A DNA stretch of 64,000 bases from Octopus vulgaris. Taxonomy: Eukaryota. The number at the start of each line of letters is the position of its first letter. Position 1 is the stretch's first letter. Where the stretch lies: the NCBI GenBank assembly GCA_951406725.2, contig OX597831.1, forward strand, positions 69,130,001-69,194,000. The letters are read 5' to 3'. Shown one piece after another: positions 24,939 to 37,118 of this stretch. The notes below the pieces were generated by a model. That model did no database searches, was not told where the DNA came from, and saw only the letters and a program-made list of their open reading frames with translations. A program made the position numbers and the translations under genes.

Positions 24939-27150
24939 TCATCATCATCATCATCATTACCGTTTAACGTCCGTTTTCCACGCTAGCATGGGTTGGACGG
25001 TTCGACCGGGGTCTGGGGAGCCAGGGGCTGCCCCAGGCTCCAGTCTGATCTGGCAGTGTTTCTACAGCTGGATGCCCTTCCTAACGCCAACCACTCCGCG
25101 AGTGTAGTGGGTGCTTTTTACGTGCCACCTGCACAGGTGCCAGAGGGGTCTGGCATCGGCCACGATCGGTTGGTGCTTTTTTATGTGCCACCAGCACAGA
25201 AGCCAGTCAAGGCGGTGCTGGCATCGGCCACATTCGGATGGTGCTTTTTATGTGCCACCGGCACAGAACCCATTCGAGGCAGGGTTGGCATCAGTCACGT
25301 TCGGATGGTGCTTTTTATGTGCCACCGGCACAGAAGCCAGTGGAGGCTGCACTGGCAACGGCCACGTTCGGATGGTGCTTTTTATGTGTCACCGGCACAG
25401 GTATCACAACTACTGTTTCCATTGATATTTGGTTCGATGTTCATGTGCCACCGGCACAGAAGCCATTCGAGGCGGGGTTGGCATCGGTCATGTTCGGATG
25501 GTGCTTTTTATGTGCCACCGGCACAGAAGCCAGTGGAGGCTGCACTGGCAATGGCCATGTTTGGATGGTGCTTTTTATGTGTCACCGGCACAGGTATCAC
25601 AACTACTGTTTCCATTGATATTTTGTTCGATGTTCATGTACATGTACATGCACTTGACTCAACAGGTCTCCTCAAGCACAGAAAGATGTTCCGGGATCCT
25701 ACGATCGGTTGGTGCTGCCACCGGCACAGAAGCCAGTCGAGGTGGTGCTGGCATCGGCCACGTTCGGATGGTGCTTGTTATGTGCCACCGGCACAGAAGC
25801 CATTCGAGGCGGGGTTGGCATCGGTCCACGTTCGAATGGTGCTTTTTGTGTGCCACCGGCACAGAAGCCAGTCGAGGCTGCACTGGCAACGGCCACGTTC
25901 GGATGGTGCTTTTTATGTGTCACCGGCACAGGTATCACAGCTACTATTTCCATTGATATTTGGTTCGATGTTCATGTATATGCACTTGACTCGACAGGTC
26001 TCCTCAAGCACAGTGAGATGTTCCGGGATCCAAGGTACTTTGGATGGGCAGGGTGTATGCGGAACTGGTGCCGGAAGCATCCCGGGTCTTAGTAGTCACA
26101 GCACATCTCCAGAGATCTCGGTCCTTCGCCATTGCCTCAGTGAGGTCCAACACTCTGAGGTCATGCTTGACTACCTCATCCCATGTCTTCCTGTGTCTAC
26201 CTCTCCCCCTGATTCCTTCAACTGTTCGGGAGTGGCACTTCTTCACACATCTCTCCTCATCCATCCGCAGTACATGACCATACCATTGCAAGCGTCGCTC
26301 TTGCACACCGCATCTGATGCTTCTTATGCCTAGCATTTCTCTCAGGGTGTTTACACTCTGTCGTGCATTCACACTGACATTACACATCCAGCGTATCATG
26401 CTAGCTTCATTTCTTTCAAGTCTACGCATGTCCTCTGCAGTCATGGCCCATGTTTCACTGCCGTGAAGCATGGCAGTTCGCACACATGCATCATACAATC
26501 TACCTTTCACTCTGAGTGAGAGACCCTTTGTCGCCAGTAGGGGTAGGAGCTTTCTAAACTTTGCCCAGGCTATTCGTATTCTAGTGGTGACACTCTCTGA
26601 GCATCCACCCCCACTACTAACTTGGTCACCCAGGTAGCGGAAACTATCAACTACTTCTAGTTTCTCTCCCTGGAGTGTGATGGAATCTGTTTTTTGAGTG
26701 CCTGTGGTGTCTATTGTCCCTGTGCATCTGCCGCACATGAAAGCTATCTTATCAGTTAATTTCCCTTTGATGTTGCTGCACCTCTTATGCATCCATAGCT
26801 TACACTGGGTGCATCTTATGGAGTTTCTACCTACACCTTTCCTACAGCTCGAGCAGGGCCACCTGCCCGATGGGGTGTGTGCTGAGTTCGCCTTTCTGCA
26901 TACTATAACTTTGGTCTTCGCTACATTTACTCTAAGGCCCTTAGATTCTAACCCTTGTTTCCACACCCGAAATTTCTTTTTTAGTTCCGGTAGTGATTCT
27001 GCTATGAGGGCCAGGTCATCAGCATAGAGGAGCTCCCAGGGGCAACCTGTTTTGAATTCCTCTGTTATTGCCTGGAGGACTATGATGAATAAAAGGGGAC
27101 TGAGGGCTGAGCCCTGGTGTACACCTACTTCTACCCAAAATTCTTCACTC
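24939..27150 (-). mobile_element. 5'-truncated RTE-clade LINE with 3' UTR minisatellite and (ATG)n tail
   Basis: RT frame 27150-26004, 3' UTR with tandem GTGCC-ACC-GGCAC hairpin units, and a (CAT)n tail at 24939-24957. Confidence 0.92.
26004..27150 (-). CDS. RTE reverse transcriptase, C-terminal half with inserted PHD-type zinc finger (5'-truncated, frame open)
   Basis: The frame extends upstream of the listed ORF: VGVHQGSALSPLLF…WELLYADDL (YADD at 27015-27026)…GLRVNVAKTKV, C4HC3 finger (26724-26855), LEVVDSFRYLG…LQWYGHVLRM…GRHRKTW. No start codon because of the truncation. Confidence 0.85.
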
Positions 27151-27159
27151 TATCATATA

Positions 27160-27305
27160 AATATATATGATGGGTTTCTTTCAGTCTCCATCTACCAAAT
27201 CTACTCACAAGTTTTTAGTCAGCCTGAGGCTATAGTAGGAAACACTCTCCCAAGGTGCCACACAGTGGGACTGAACCTAGAATCATGTGGTTGAGAAGAA
27301 AACTT
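27160..27305 (-). mobile_element. Older SINE family A, 5' half (continuation of 24683-24932)
   Basis: TTCTTTCAGTCTCCATCTACCAAAT…CAAGGTGCCACACAGTGGGACTGAACC. Confidence 0.8.
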
Positions 27306-28275
27306 AATTAGAAATATATGACATCATTTTCAATTTATTTCTTTATGCCAAAGTTACTTCATTGTTGAATGGTGAGCAACTGGAAGAATATCCCACTTTG
27401 ATCTTTTGACTGAAGATATTTGCAAATATCTAAGATTCTTAAAAAACCTCCTGTCCACCTTGGCATCAAATAACTGGATGCAAAAATAGAAAATAAAGAA
27501 AATGCCATTTTTTATACATTCTATAGTGTCACAAATACACATGTACAGAAATATATACACACATATAATTTCTGTTTCTATTTTGGATAGGTTAGTTGTA
27601 AAAAATTGCTCTCCTTGTAGCTAGGTGGATAGTCAATAATGTGTCAGAATTGTAGGAAAAGATATAAGGAGGGAATGTCAGACAGAAGAGTTAGCTAGAA
27701 TGCAGAAAATATACAACAGAATGATAAATGGGGGAATTTAGAGGTTAAAAAGTGGGCACTGAGTGGGCCTGTATCATTTATCTTTCTGCAAAATATATAT
27801 TTCTGTCTACATTGTTGATTAAAACTTTTTGGAGGAAATTCTGAAATGAAATAGATGCTGCATCTAAAGAATTATATAATTCCTAAAACTGTAAATCAGT
27901 GAGCAATTTTTCAATAATCATATATGGGAAGATGCATGTACATGTATTTTTGGTTATATCAGTGTCTGCTCTTGAAAGGATTAAAAAAAAAAAACTAGCT
28001 TTTTGGTGTTTTAAGAGGCAACTTGCACATTAACAATAAGAGATTATAAGCTGGGAAAATTTCCTTTTGTAATGATGTTGAGTACTTTATATACTTTCAT
28101 TGTCAACATATAGTGGACCCATGCTGCAGATGTGTGTTCAACCAGAAGTCTTGTAGATATATTACAAGGCTGAAGCCTCATGTGTTTCCTTTTTTAAAAA
28201 ATCTATTACAAGGTCTTTTACTGCAGTGAATCACTCATTTACATTTCAAATGATGGACGATGTCAAAATAATTTA

Positions 28276-29004
28276 CCGTAATATGCTGGTGTATAATACG
28301 ACTTGGTGTACAAGATGACCCCCCCAGGATTTCTAATTAAAAAATGGGTTTTGAACTATACTTGCTGTATAAGACTATCTCAAGATTTTGTGAAAAATAA
28401 CACGAGCGCCAAGCTATTTATGAAAGAGTGGCAACTTGAGCCTTTTCAAGAAACATTGTCTGTAAATGTTTAAAAGTAATTGGTAACTGTAAGGTTTATT
28501 GTTATTGGTCTGTCTGACAGAAAGTACTGGTACATGCTGCTAATCTGCTGAAACAGATAGGTTAGTTACCATAAACTACACTTGTCTTGAAAGCCCTTGG
28601 CTGGCTGAGTACTGTATGAGTGAGTGCTCTGAGGCAGTGTAAACAGAATGGAACCTGGGACCTGGCTGAATGGGCTGATTGTTTACATTTTCTGTTTGTC
28701 TGCTGTTGCAAATGGTGACTGGTGTCTGTGCACTAAGTTTGCTGTACTGTTATTTTAATATAATCCTATAATCTATCAATCCACCTTCCCAAACATACGT
28801 GTAAATATCAGTAGAAAATACCAAGTTGTAGAATCATAGGATCTATGCAAGTGTTTTATACTGTTCTCCATTGACATTGGTCCTACTCTAAACCACAGGA
28901 AGTTATGATCCAGGTTTTATACAGGGTATATAAAATGACCCCTAGTTTGGGGGAGATTTTTTTGTTTGAAGTTAAAATTCTATCCACTATGCCAGTATAT
29001 ACGG
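28276..29004. mobile_element. Tc2/pogo-like non-autonomous DNA transposon
   Basis: TA|CCGTAATATGCTGGTGTA … TATGCCAGTATATACGG|TA: imperfect TIRs, TA duplication and repeated GTATAAGA(C)GACCCC-like subterminal motifs. Confidence 0.7.
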
Positions 29005-29129
29005 TATCTCTTGGGTGTGTTTCAGCTAACTACTTCAAAATTAATAGATATTTTGATATTTTTCTGGATTAAATGCCATAAATCAATTTTTTTTCTCCCA
29101 TTGAACCCCAAAGGGTTAAGATTAATCTG

Positions 29130-29500
29130 TACCCATTTACTCATTTACTTGTTTCAGTCATTTGATTGTGGCCATGCTGGAGCACCACTTTTAGTCGAGG
29201 AAATTGACCCCAGGACTTATTCTTTGTAAGCCTTATTCTATCGGTCTCTTTTGCCGAACTACTAAGTTACCAGGACGTAAACACACCAGCATCGGTTGTC
29301 AAGTGATGGTGGGGGTACAAACACAACACATATATACATATATACGACGGGCTTCTTTCAGTTTCCGTTTACCAAATCCACTCACAAGGCTTTGGTCGGC
29401 CCGAGGCTATAGCAGAAGACACTTGCTCAAGGCCATGCAGTGGGACTGAACCCGGAAGCATGTGGTTCGTAAGCAAGTTACTTACCACACAGCCACTCCT
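29130..29500 (-). mobile_element. SINE family A
   Basis: Family match. Confidence 0.9.
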
Positions 29501-30341
29501 AAACACATTTCAGCTTTAAAGCTGTGGTCATGCCTAAGCACTTGTCTTACTTCAGCTTCTTCAGTTCACTTATGTATCTTACACAGTCAGAAAAGCTACT
29601 TATTCAGAATAGAAATAATAGACCAAAAATTTTAAAACCTGAAAGCTGTCGATGCAGTCCAACATTCTTTACTGAAATATTATCCGAGTATTTTGTTTCC
29701 ATGGCTCATGCTGCTAAAAGCTAAAATTATGAGCTTTTTTTTAAACATCAAAATAATTTCTCTTTGTACTCTCCTTTGAATCTATTTCATTTATGAAATT
29801 TAATTATTTGGGAAGCTATGACCTTTGCTAGCCGTTATGTAGATTAGTTTTTATCAATTGCCACATGCATTGTCAGATTATGGATAGACAGAATTTTGGC
29901 CATGATTTTGGTTTTCTACAGAAAAACTTTTCTTTGAACTCTGCTCATTTAACACTTTTGTTTTTATCCTTTCTTGTGTGGTAGAAATAAATGACATTAA
30001 AAAGACAGATATTTCTTTGACTTTACCATTAAATATGGTCCCGTGATGTCATAAATATTTTGAAGTATGTCAATTGTTATTTAGAGCTCTGGCAGTTCCG
30101 TTTTATACATATTTCTCTGGAAGTTTAACCTGAGAAAAGAATATTTTCGAGTTGTCTTTAACCATTTTGACAGCAGTCAGTCTGGATCTATGACACACAG
30201 TAAGTTTAATGTGTTCAGGTTTAAATAAAGCCTTCAATCAGGAATTTATATAAGAACATTTTTGTTAAGCTTTGTTGTAAACTTTAGTTTTACAACATAG
30301 TTATTTACTAAATCCTTTTAAAATTTTTATTATTTTCAAAA

Positions 30342-30504
30342 GCAAGGAGTAGCTGTGTGGTAAGTAGCTTGCTAACCAACCACATGGTTCCGGGTTCAGT
30401 CCCACTGCGTGGCATCTTGGGCAAGTGTCTTCTGCTATAGCCCCGGGCCGACCAATGCCTTGTGAGTGGATTTGGTAGACGGAAACTGACAGAAGCCTGC
30501 CGTA

Positions 30505-30557
<53 letters not shown>

Positions 30558-30786
30558 ATGTGTTTGTGTGTCTGTGTTTGTTCCCCCACCATCGCTTGAC
30601 AACCGATGCTGGTGTGTTTAAGTCCCCATCACTTAGCAGTTCGGCAAAAAAAGAGACCAATAGGATAAGTACTGGGCTTACAAAGAATAAGTCCCGGGGT
30701 CGAGTTGCTCGACTAAAGGCGGTGCTCCAGCATGGCTGCAGTCAAATGACTGAAACAAGTAAAAGAGTAAAAGAGAGTAAAGAGAG
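30342..30786 (+). mobile_element. SINE family A
   Basis: Family match. Confidence 0.9.
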
Positions 30787-31071
30787 AATCAGTTCAGTGC
30801 ATTTGAAATCACTTATTCATCATGATTCTTCTAACATTTGTTTTTGTTACATAATATGAGTAATACACATATTATTCTGCTGTTGTTTTCAGTAAAATAT
30901 ATTACACTGATGCAAAATGATTTTTGCTATGATGCTGAGAAAGAGTCCATTGTCATTAATTTCAGTTAGTCCTCTACATATTTTACTCATTAATAAAAAA
31001 TTAAAATGCTTTGGTGGTGTATTTCATTTGATTCATGATTAGTCAAGAAACTATTTCTCAAAATAACCTCT

Positions 31072-31296
31072 TCTCACTCTCTTTTACTCTTTTACTTGTT
31101 TCAGTCAGTTGACGGCGGCCATGCTGGAGCACCACCTTTAGTTGAGCAACTCGACCCCGGGACTTATTCTTTGTAAGCCCAGTACTAATTCTATCGGTCT
31201 CTTTTGCCGAACCGCTAAGTGACGGGGACATAAACACCCCAGCATCGGTTGTCAAGCGATGCTAGGAGGACAAACACAGACACACAAACATACACG

Positions 31297-31340
<44 letters not shown>

Positions 31341-31510
31341 CATATATACGATGGGCTTCTTTCAGTTTCCGTCTACCAAATCCACTCACAAGGCTTTGGT
31401 CGGCCCAAGGCTATAGTAGAAGACACTTGCCCAATGTGCCATGCAGTGGGTCTGAACCCAGAACCATATGGCTGGTAAGCAAGCTACTTACCACATAGCC
31501 ACTCCTGTGC
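31072..31510 (-). mobile_element. SINE family A
   Basis: Family match. Confidence 0.9.
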
Positions 31511-31994
31511 TGTAATTTTAATTAAAATTTCCTGAGTCTCTATATTTGCACCATCATGCCATTCAGTATTCTTTGACTAAAATCCTATATTTTTTCTGGT
31601 CATCATAATTTGGTAGGAACATTTAGACCACACTCCTTTGCATTCTACATTTAATGGATTGAATCAATTCGAAATTCTGAGATAGTTTTACCCTGCATTT
31701 TTTGACCGTGATCAATATGAAATTAATTTGTTTTACTTATTAAAAATAATATTAGGCAACAAATTTCAAATTTTGTGTTACTGATACATAAACTACTGAT
31801 TCCTGCCAAATTTTTTATGTCAATTTCAGATCTGATATCTAAATTCTTCTATCATGTCCAGATTTTGTGTAACTGAAAACCACAATTTTTCATTTTTCCT
31901 CACCCACTTCTATTACGAAATCTGTTCACGAAATCTGTCTAAGCTACTTTTCCATGCCACGTTTTTACGTTAAGCATACTTAAATAATTAGTGA

Positions 31995-32825
31995 ACAAGG
32001 ATGAAGGTTTTTCATTGCTGTTGTACAGCTTTGATGCTTGCTTTACTAAAGTCAATGAACAATTTTCATACTTTTGAATCATAGTGAAAGGCAATCCTTT
32101 CCATCAGGCCACTGATGTTCTGACTGAAAGAAACGTTTTCCTCCTGTAAGTATAAGTAAGATGATTAAAGCTGCAAATGGCGATGGTGGAAATGAAAAAC
32201 TTTGGTGTTTGACTGGAGAAAATTCCATTCTTGAAGCCAGGAACCAGGCAACTCTGCCCTTTCTTTTGGTAATTCCAAATTGTGCACTAAGTCATTTAAC
32301 TTTGCTTGACATAGAAAATGTGGGGAACTAGTTACACCTGGAACATATATACCATCTTTCCCTATTGCTATATCACTTGCAGAATCTTCAGGTGAACTGC
32401 TGTCTTTTGGCGTTGCTGGTGGAACTGGTGGTGGATTTGTTTCATCATACGGTATTGGTTTTATTGCTGATTTGCAGTTTGGGTACATGATTTTTTTTTA
32501 TTTGTTTTTGTTTGTGAAACCAGCAATCTTTGTCAAACAAAAATAACAATCATTGAAGTGATTTTTCAGCTCACACCAAATCCTGGAGACTGAGAATGAC
32601 ATAATTTCTCTTTTTCCATTCATCCAAGCTATTAACATTGCATTGCACTGCACACAGCACATCTATGGTGCCCAGGCCCTCTCCTACTCTCCTAACTTAC
32701 AGTGTAAAATGATACTTCTAGGCAAGTTTAATCTTTGTTGTTACGTTTCTATGTTGTGGCTTAGATACACCTTGTACAAATATGTAGCAGATGTTGTCTG
32801 AGTGATTTACACAAGCATGTCCATT
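31995..32825 (-). pseudogene. Chapaev3-like transposase N-terminal half (stops and frameshifts)
   Basis: CVNHSDNICYI…RAWAP*MCCVQC…W…IWCELKNHFNDCYFCL…YPNCKSAIKP…QAKLNDLVHNLELPKERAELPGSWLQEWNFL…KLFIDFSKASIKAV. Family assignment is from recalled motif pattern. Confidence 0.75.
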
Positions 32826-32847
32826 TGATTTCATTTTAATTACCATA

Positions 32848-33263
32848 GGCGCAAGAGTGGCTGTGTGGTAAGTAGCTTGCTAACCAGCCACATGGTTCCA
32901 GGTTCAGTCTCACTGTGTGGCATCTTGGGCAAGTGTCTTCTGCTATAGCCCTGGGCCGACCAATGCCTTGTGAGTGGATTTGGTAGACAGAAACTGAAAG
33001 AAGCCTGTCGTATATATGTATATATATATGTATGTGTGTGTGTGTTTGTGTGTCTGTGTTTGTCCCCCTAGCATTGCTTGACAACCGATGCTGGTGTGTT
33101 TATGTCCCCGTGACTTAGTGGTTCGGCAAAAGAGACCGATAGAATAAGTACTGGGCTTACAAAGAATAAGTCCCGGGGTCGATTTGCTCAACTAAAGGCG
33201 GTGCTCCAGCATGGCCGCAGTCAAATGACTGAAACAAATAAAAGAGAAAAAGAGTAAAGAGTA
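32848..33263 (+). mobile_element. SINE family A nested in the Chapaev3-like element
   Basis: Family match. Confidence 0.9.
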
Positions 33264-34980
33264 TACAATATCTGAAAAAAAACATAGAAAGTTGTAATAA
33301 CAATGCACAAAATAACAAAGAAATATACACTAGTACAAAGCAAATGTTATGAAAACACACAAGTCAGCACAACCTGTTACTTGCTTACCAGTAGAGAGAT
33401 TCAACAACCACTTTACTTGACTGTCACATAGTAATTGACCGTTGGGTGGTTACTATGCTCTTGACTCAGTATTATAAATTTTATTGATCAAAATCTTTAG
33501 AATTTGTATATAGTTGGCGAACAAAAATTGCTTCAACATTCAAGCAAGGTTCATATTACTGGTATTAAACTGATTAAAATCAAAATCTGGAGTTTGTAGG
33601 AAATTTTACTAAGTTATATACAAAATACAAGATAGGAAAAATCTAATTATAGATTTCAAATAAGCATACCGAAATTGGCTAGGAATACCTATTTGGTCTT
33701 CTGTAAGAAAATCTTTGTTGTCTGGTGTAATTTATAATAATTCTTTTTTTAAGAAAATATTTTTTTTACTTTACATTAGGAATATATTTTTTACTCAAAA
33801 CTTCTTGACTCATTACATTATGTACATAAGCATCACCTTTATTTTTGTATGCACATAAATATACTATTATGTTATATACTATCATTCTTTATAAACTCAT
33901 GATATTTTTGAAAATTAAATTTGAAAAAAAATTCCCCACCAATGGGAAAGTAACGTGCTTATTACAAAACATTGGTAGTGATCAATACTTTAGAGTCCTG
34001 TTATACTCATTTTGTGAATGTTTTATATCTTTCTTTTCCAATTTCCAGGTGCTATGTTTCATATCTATAGTGATATCATGTACATTTTGTCCTTTATGCA
34101 ATTTTCTATTAATTCTATTTTCACACATGGAAAAGAAATACATTTTGTGTCAACAAAGAATCTTATTAAAACCTGAAGCAATAGATTCTGTGCTTTGTGT
34201 TTTTATCATTTTCTTCTCACATTTTTCTATTACATAATGTACATTATACATATTACTCAGTTGTATAATATCAATGAAATGTATTAGTATGGTGCCAAAT
34301 TATTTATTTTGTGTCACAGATTAAATTTTCATTGCAATAAGTATCAATTAGTTCACATCTTTTATAAATTAAATATTAGTATAAATATTGAGTTAATCTA
34401 ATCTCAGAAATGATGATTTCTTCTTGCACTTGATAATCTGATTTTAATATTATTTGCTTTTCAAAGTGGAATTAATTGCAATTCATTATAAAAATATTTT
34501 GTTTAATTAAAATTATCGACACTGCTCACTTGCATTCTTTTTTTCACATTTTGGGATTAAAAAAGAAAGCTCTTTTTATTCTGAGATACTCAAAGTTTTC
34601 TCTCAATATTATACAGTACTACACAATGAGCACTAATATTATGACATAAGTTATATATCTCACTGCAACACAGTCACTGACTAACAAAATGACACACCAA
34701 CACAATTCATTCTATACACAATCGTAACCCAACACTAATACAACTCACACAACAGATATGCTACACTACTACCAACCAATGAAATAACACAGATGACATG
34801 ATACACAGAAATGTAATCGTCACCCTACACTGTAATACAACTGTTCAAGGCTAGATGTGATGTGCCATATCAATTCGATATGATGTAGCCCACTACTGAA
34901 TGTAGTGTATCGATGTAACGTTTGAAGGTTCTCACGTTGGAATACCAGTAAACATCGAAGGATTTACACCAATAAGGAAG

Positions 34981-35713
34981 TGTAGCAATATTGTTTTCTT
35001 CATTGCTATCTTCACTGTTTGAGAAAAGTATAGGACTAGAACCAAAGACGAAAGGTGTCTGAAAACACTCCTTTATATAAGGTTTAGGTGGCTCAAATGA
35101 ACTTCAGAAATGGAATTTTAACCAAAGGTCATGATTAGCTGTTTTGGAACAATGGCACGAAATATGTAGAGACAAACCGCGTCACATGTCAACCAGTGGC
35201 GTGAACTATGTAGAGACCACTCGTGTCACATGTCAACCAGTGGCGTGAACTATGTAGAGACCACTCGTGTCACATGTCAACCACTGGCGTGAACTATGTA
35301 GAGACCACTCGTGTCACATGTCAACCAGTAGCGTGAACTATGTAGAGACCACTCGTGTCACATGTCAACCAGTGGCGTGAACTATGTAGAGACCACTCAT
35401 GTCACATGTCAACCAGTGGCGTGAACTATGTAGAGACCACTTGTGTCACATGTCAACCAGTGGCGTGAACTATGTAGGGACCACTCGTGTCACATGTCAA
35501 CCAGTGGCGCGAACTATGTAGAGACCACTCATGTCACAGGTCAACCAGTGGCGCAAAAATAAGTGGAGACAAATCGCGTCACGTGTCAACCAACCCGGTT
35601 AGTGTTTACAACAATGTTAAACTAGCCGAAGATGTTTGTAATCTCAAACGAGATCATTCTTAATACTTTTCTCAAACAGTGAAGATAGCAATGAAGAAAA
35701 CAATATTGCTACA
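34981..35713. mobile_element. Non-autonomous TIR element, Ginger-like (TGT…ACA ends, 4-bp TSD)
   Basis: Perfect 51-bp TIRs (34981-35031 and 35663-35713) with GAAG duplicated on both sides. Confidence 0.85.
35163..35592. repeat. 44-bp tandem minisatellite (about 10 units) inside the Ginger-like element
   Basis: Unit TATGTAGAGACCACTCGTGTCACATGTCAACCAGTGGCGTGAAC at 35163, 35207, 35251 and onward; the first and last units are diverged. Confidence 0.95.
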
Positions 35714-36712
35714 GAAGAAATATTATTTACATATCTTTATTCGTTTGCCCAACAGGTAGTTAAAGAGACAGCAGCAATTTTAGAGATAGTGATGACAAAG
35801 ATGACAACAAGTTGATATGTAGAAAAAGGTTGTCTATCAGTAGAGAGGGAAAGAGTAAGGAAGGCATGGTGCTGATTAGAAAGGAAGAAAGGATAAAGGT
35901 GGTATCGTCTTTCTTGTGGCCGAAAGCCTCTCTTAGCATGTTGAGCAAAGCGTGAAAGGAAGTGCTGCTCTTGGTTAAGGCTGATGCAAAAGCGGGTGTT
36001 GCTTCTTGGTTATAGCTGACACCTGAGAGCAGGTGTTGCACCTTGGTCATAGCTGACACCTCAAAAGAAGAGATAGAAAATTCTCTGTTATAAAAACTAT
36101 GGTCAGTAATGTAGGTCAAACCTTAAACAAAGGACTGACCTTTCCTTGACCAGTACAGGTCCTAGCGGGTGGAGTGTTTCCTCATCAATCATCTAGTGTG
36201 GAGGATTTCCCTGCTTATTTTGACAAGCAACAAGCAGGTGGATTTAGTTTCAAATCTCAGGCAGGGTCAAGCTAGACCTCCACACAACCAATATAACACA
36301 TTCTATACATTCCTTGTCCGATAAATAATGCATCACACATGAGCCAGCAAGGAAGCCACTACATGGTCACTTGATTTACTAGAAATAGTAGAAAAATCTC
36401 CCTCAACTCACACCTTACTATCTTTAAAAAGAAAAGGACAGAATACCTAACAAAAGATGGATTAGTTGTGGCTTGATCATAAGTCTACTCAAACTGGGCT
36501 GACCTAGCTAAGCAACACAACTCATGCTATAAAATAGCCACTATGAACTATCGCATAATTCACCATCTAGCACATACAGAACATATATAAAGCAATCGCA
36601 GTCCAGCAAAATAATGCAACTCTTAAAGTTCAACAAACTTGTGAGACATGAACTAAATTGATGCCAGAAACAACAGATATTTTCATAAGAGTGTGAAAGG
36701 GCAGCAATAGAT

Positions 36713-37118
36713 GCAGGAGTGGTTGTGTGGTAAGTAGCTTGCTTACCAACCACATGGTTCCGGGTTCAGCCCCACTGCATGGCACCTTGGGCAAGTGTCT
36801 TCTGCTATAGCCCTGGGCCGACCAAAACCTTGTGAGTGGCTTTGGCAGACGGGAACTGAAAGAAGCCTGTCATATATGTGTGTTTGTGTGTGTGTGTGTG
36901 TCTGTGTGTCTGTGTCTGTGCTTGTTCCCCCACCATCGCTTGACAACCGATGCTGGTGTGTTTATGTCCCCGTAACCTAGCGTTTCGGCAAAAGAAACCA
37001 ATAGAATAAGTACTAGGCTTACAAAGAATAAGTCCTGGGGTAAATTTGCTCGACTAAAGGCGGTGCTCCAGCATGGCTGCAGTCAAATGACTGAAACAAG
37101 TAAAAGAAAGAAAGAAAG
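36713..37118 (+). mobile_element. SINE family A
   Basis: Family match with (GAAA)n tail variant. Confidence 0.9.

Larger units (their letters stand above)
31750..33727 (-). mobile_element. Internally deleted Chapaev3-like (CMC) DNA transposon, interrupted by a SINE
   Basis: Decayed ends TAA|TATTAGGCAACAAA … TTTGTTGTCTGGTG|TAA (CAC-like terminus, 3-bp TAA duplication) enclose a transposase remnant. Confidence 0.6.

Noticed and set aside
25105-25990. CRISPR-like repeat/spacer pattern and the 446-aa plus-strand ORF
   Set aside because: Spacers are related to each other and recur. The array is the 3' UTR of an RTE LINE and the ORF is its antisense read-through.
33845-34237. 130-aa ORF and acceptor-like site at 34048 (similar sites at 9720 and 53060)
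   Set aside because: Low-complexity T-rich translation, no recognisable domain and no matching donor or linked exon.
35163-35592. CRISPR array
   Set aside because: Units are contiguous and near-identical with no unique spacers, the array sits inside a TIR element, the context is eukaryotic and there are no cas genes.
35760-36119. 119-aa minus-strand ORF
   Set aside because: No recognisable motif and a non-ATG start; possibly a repeat fragment, but I cannot assign it.
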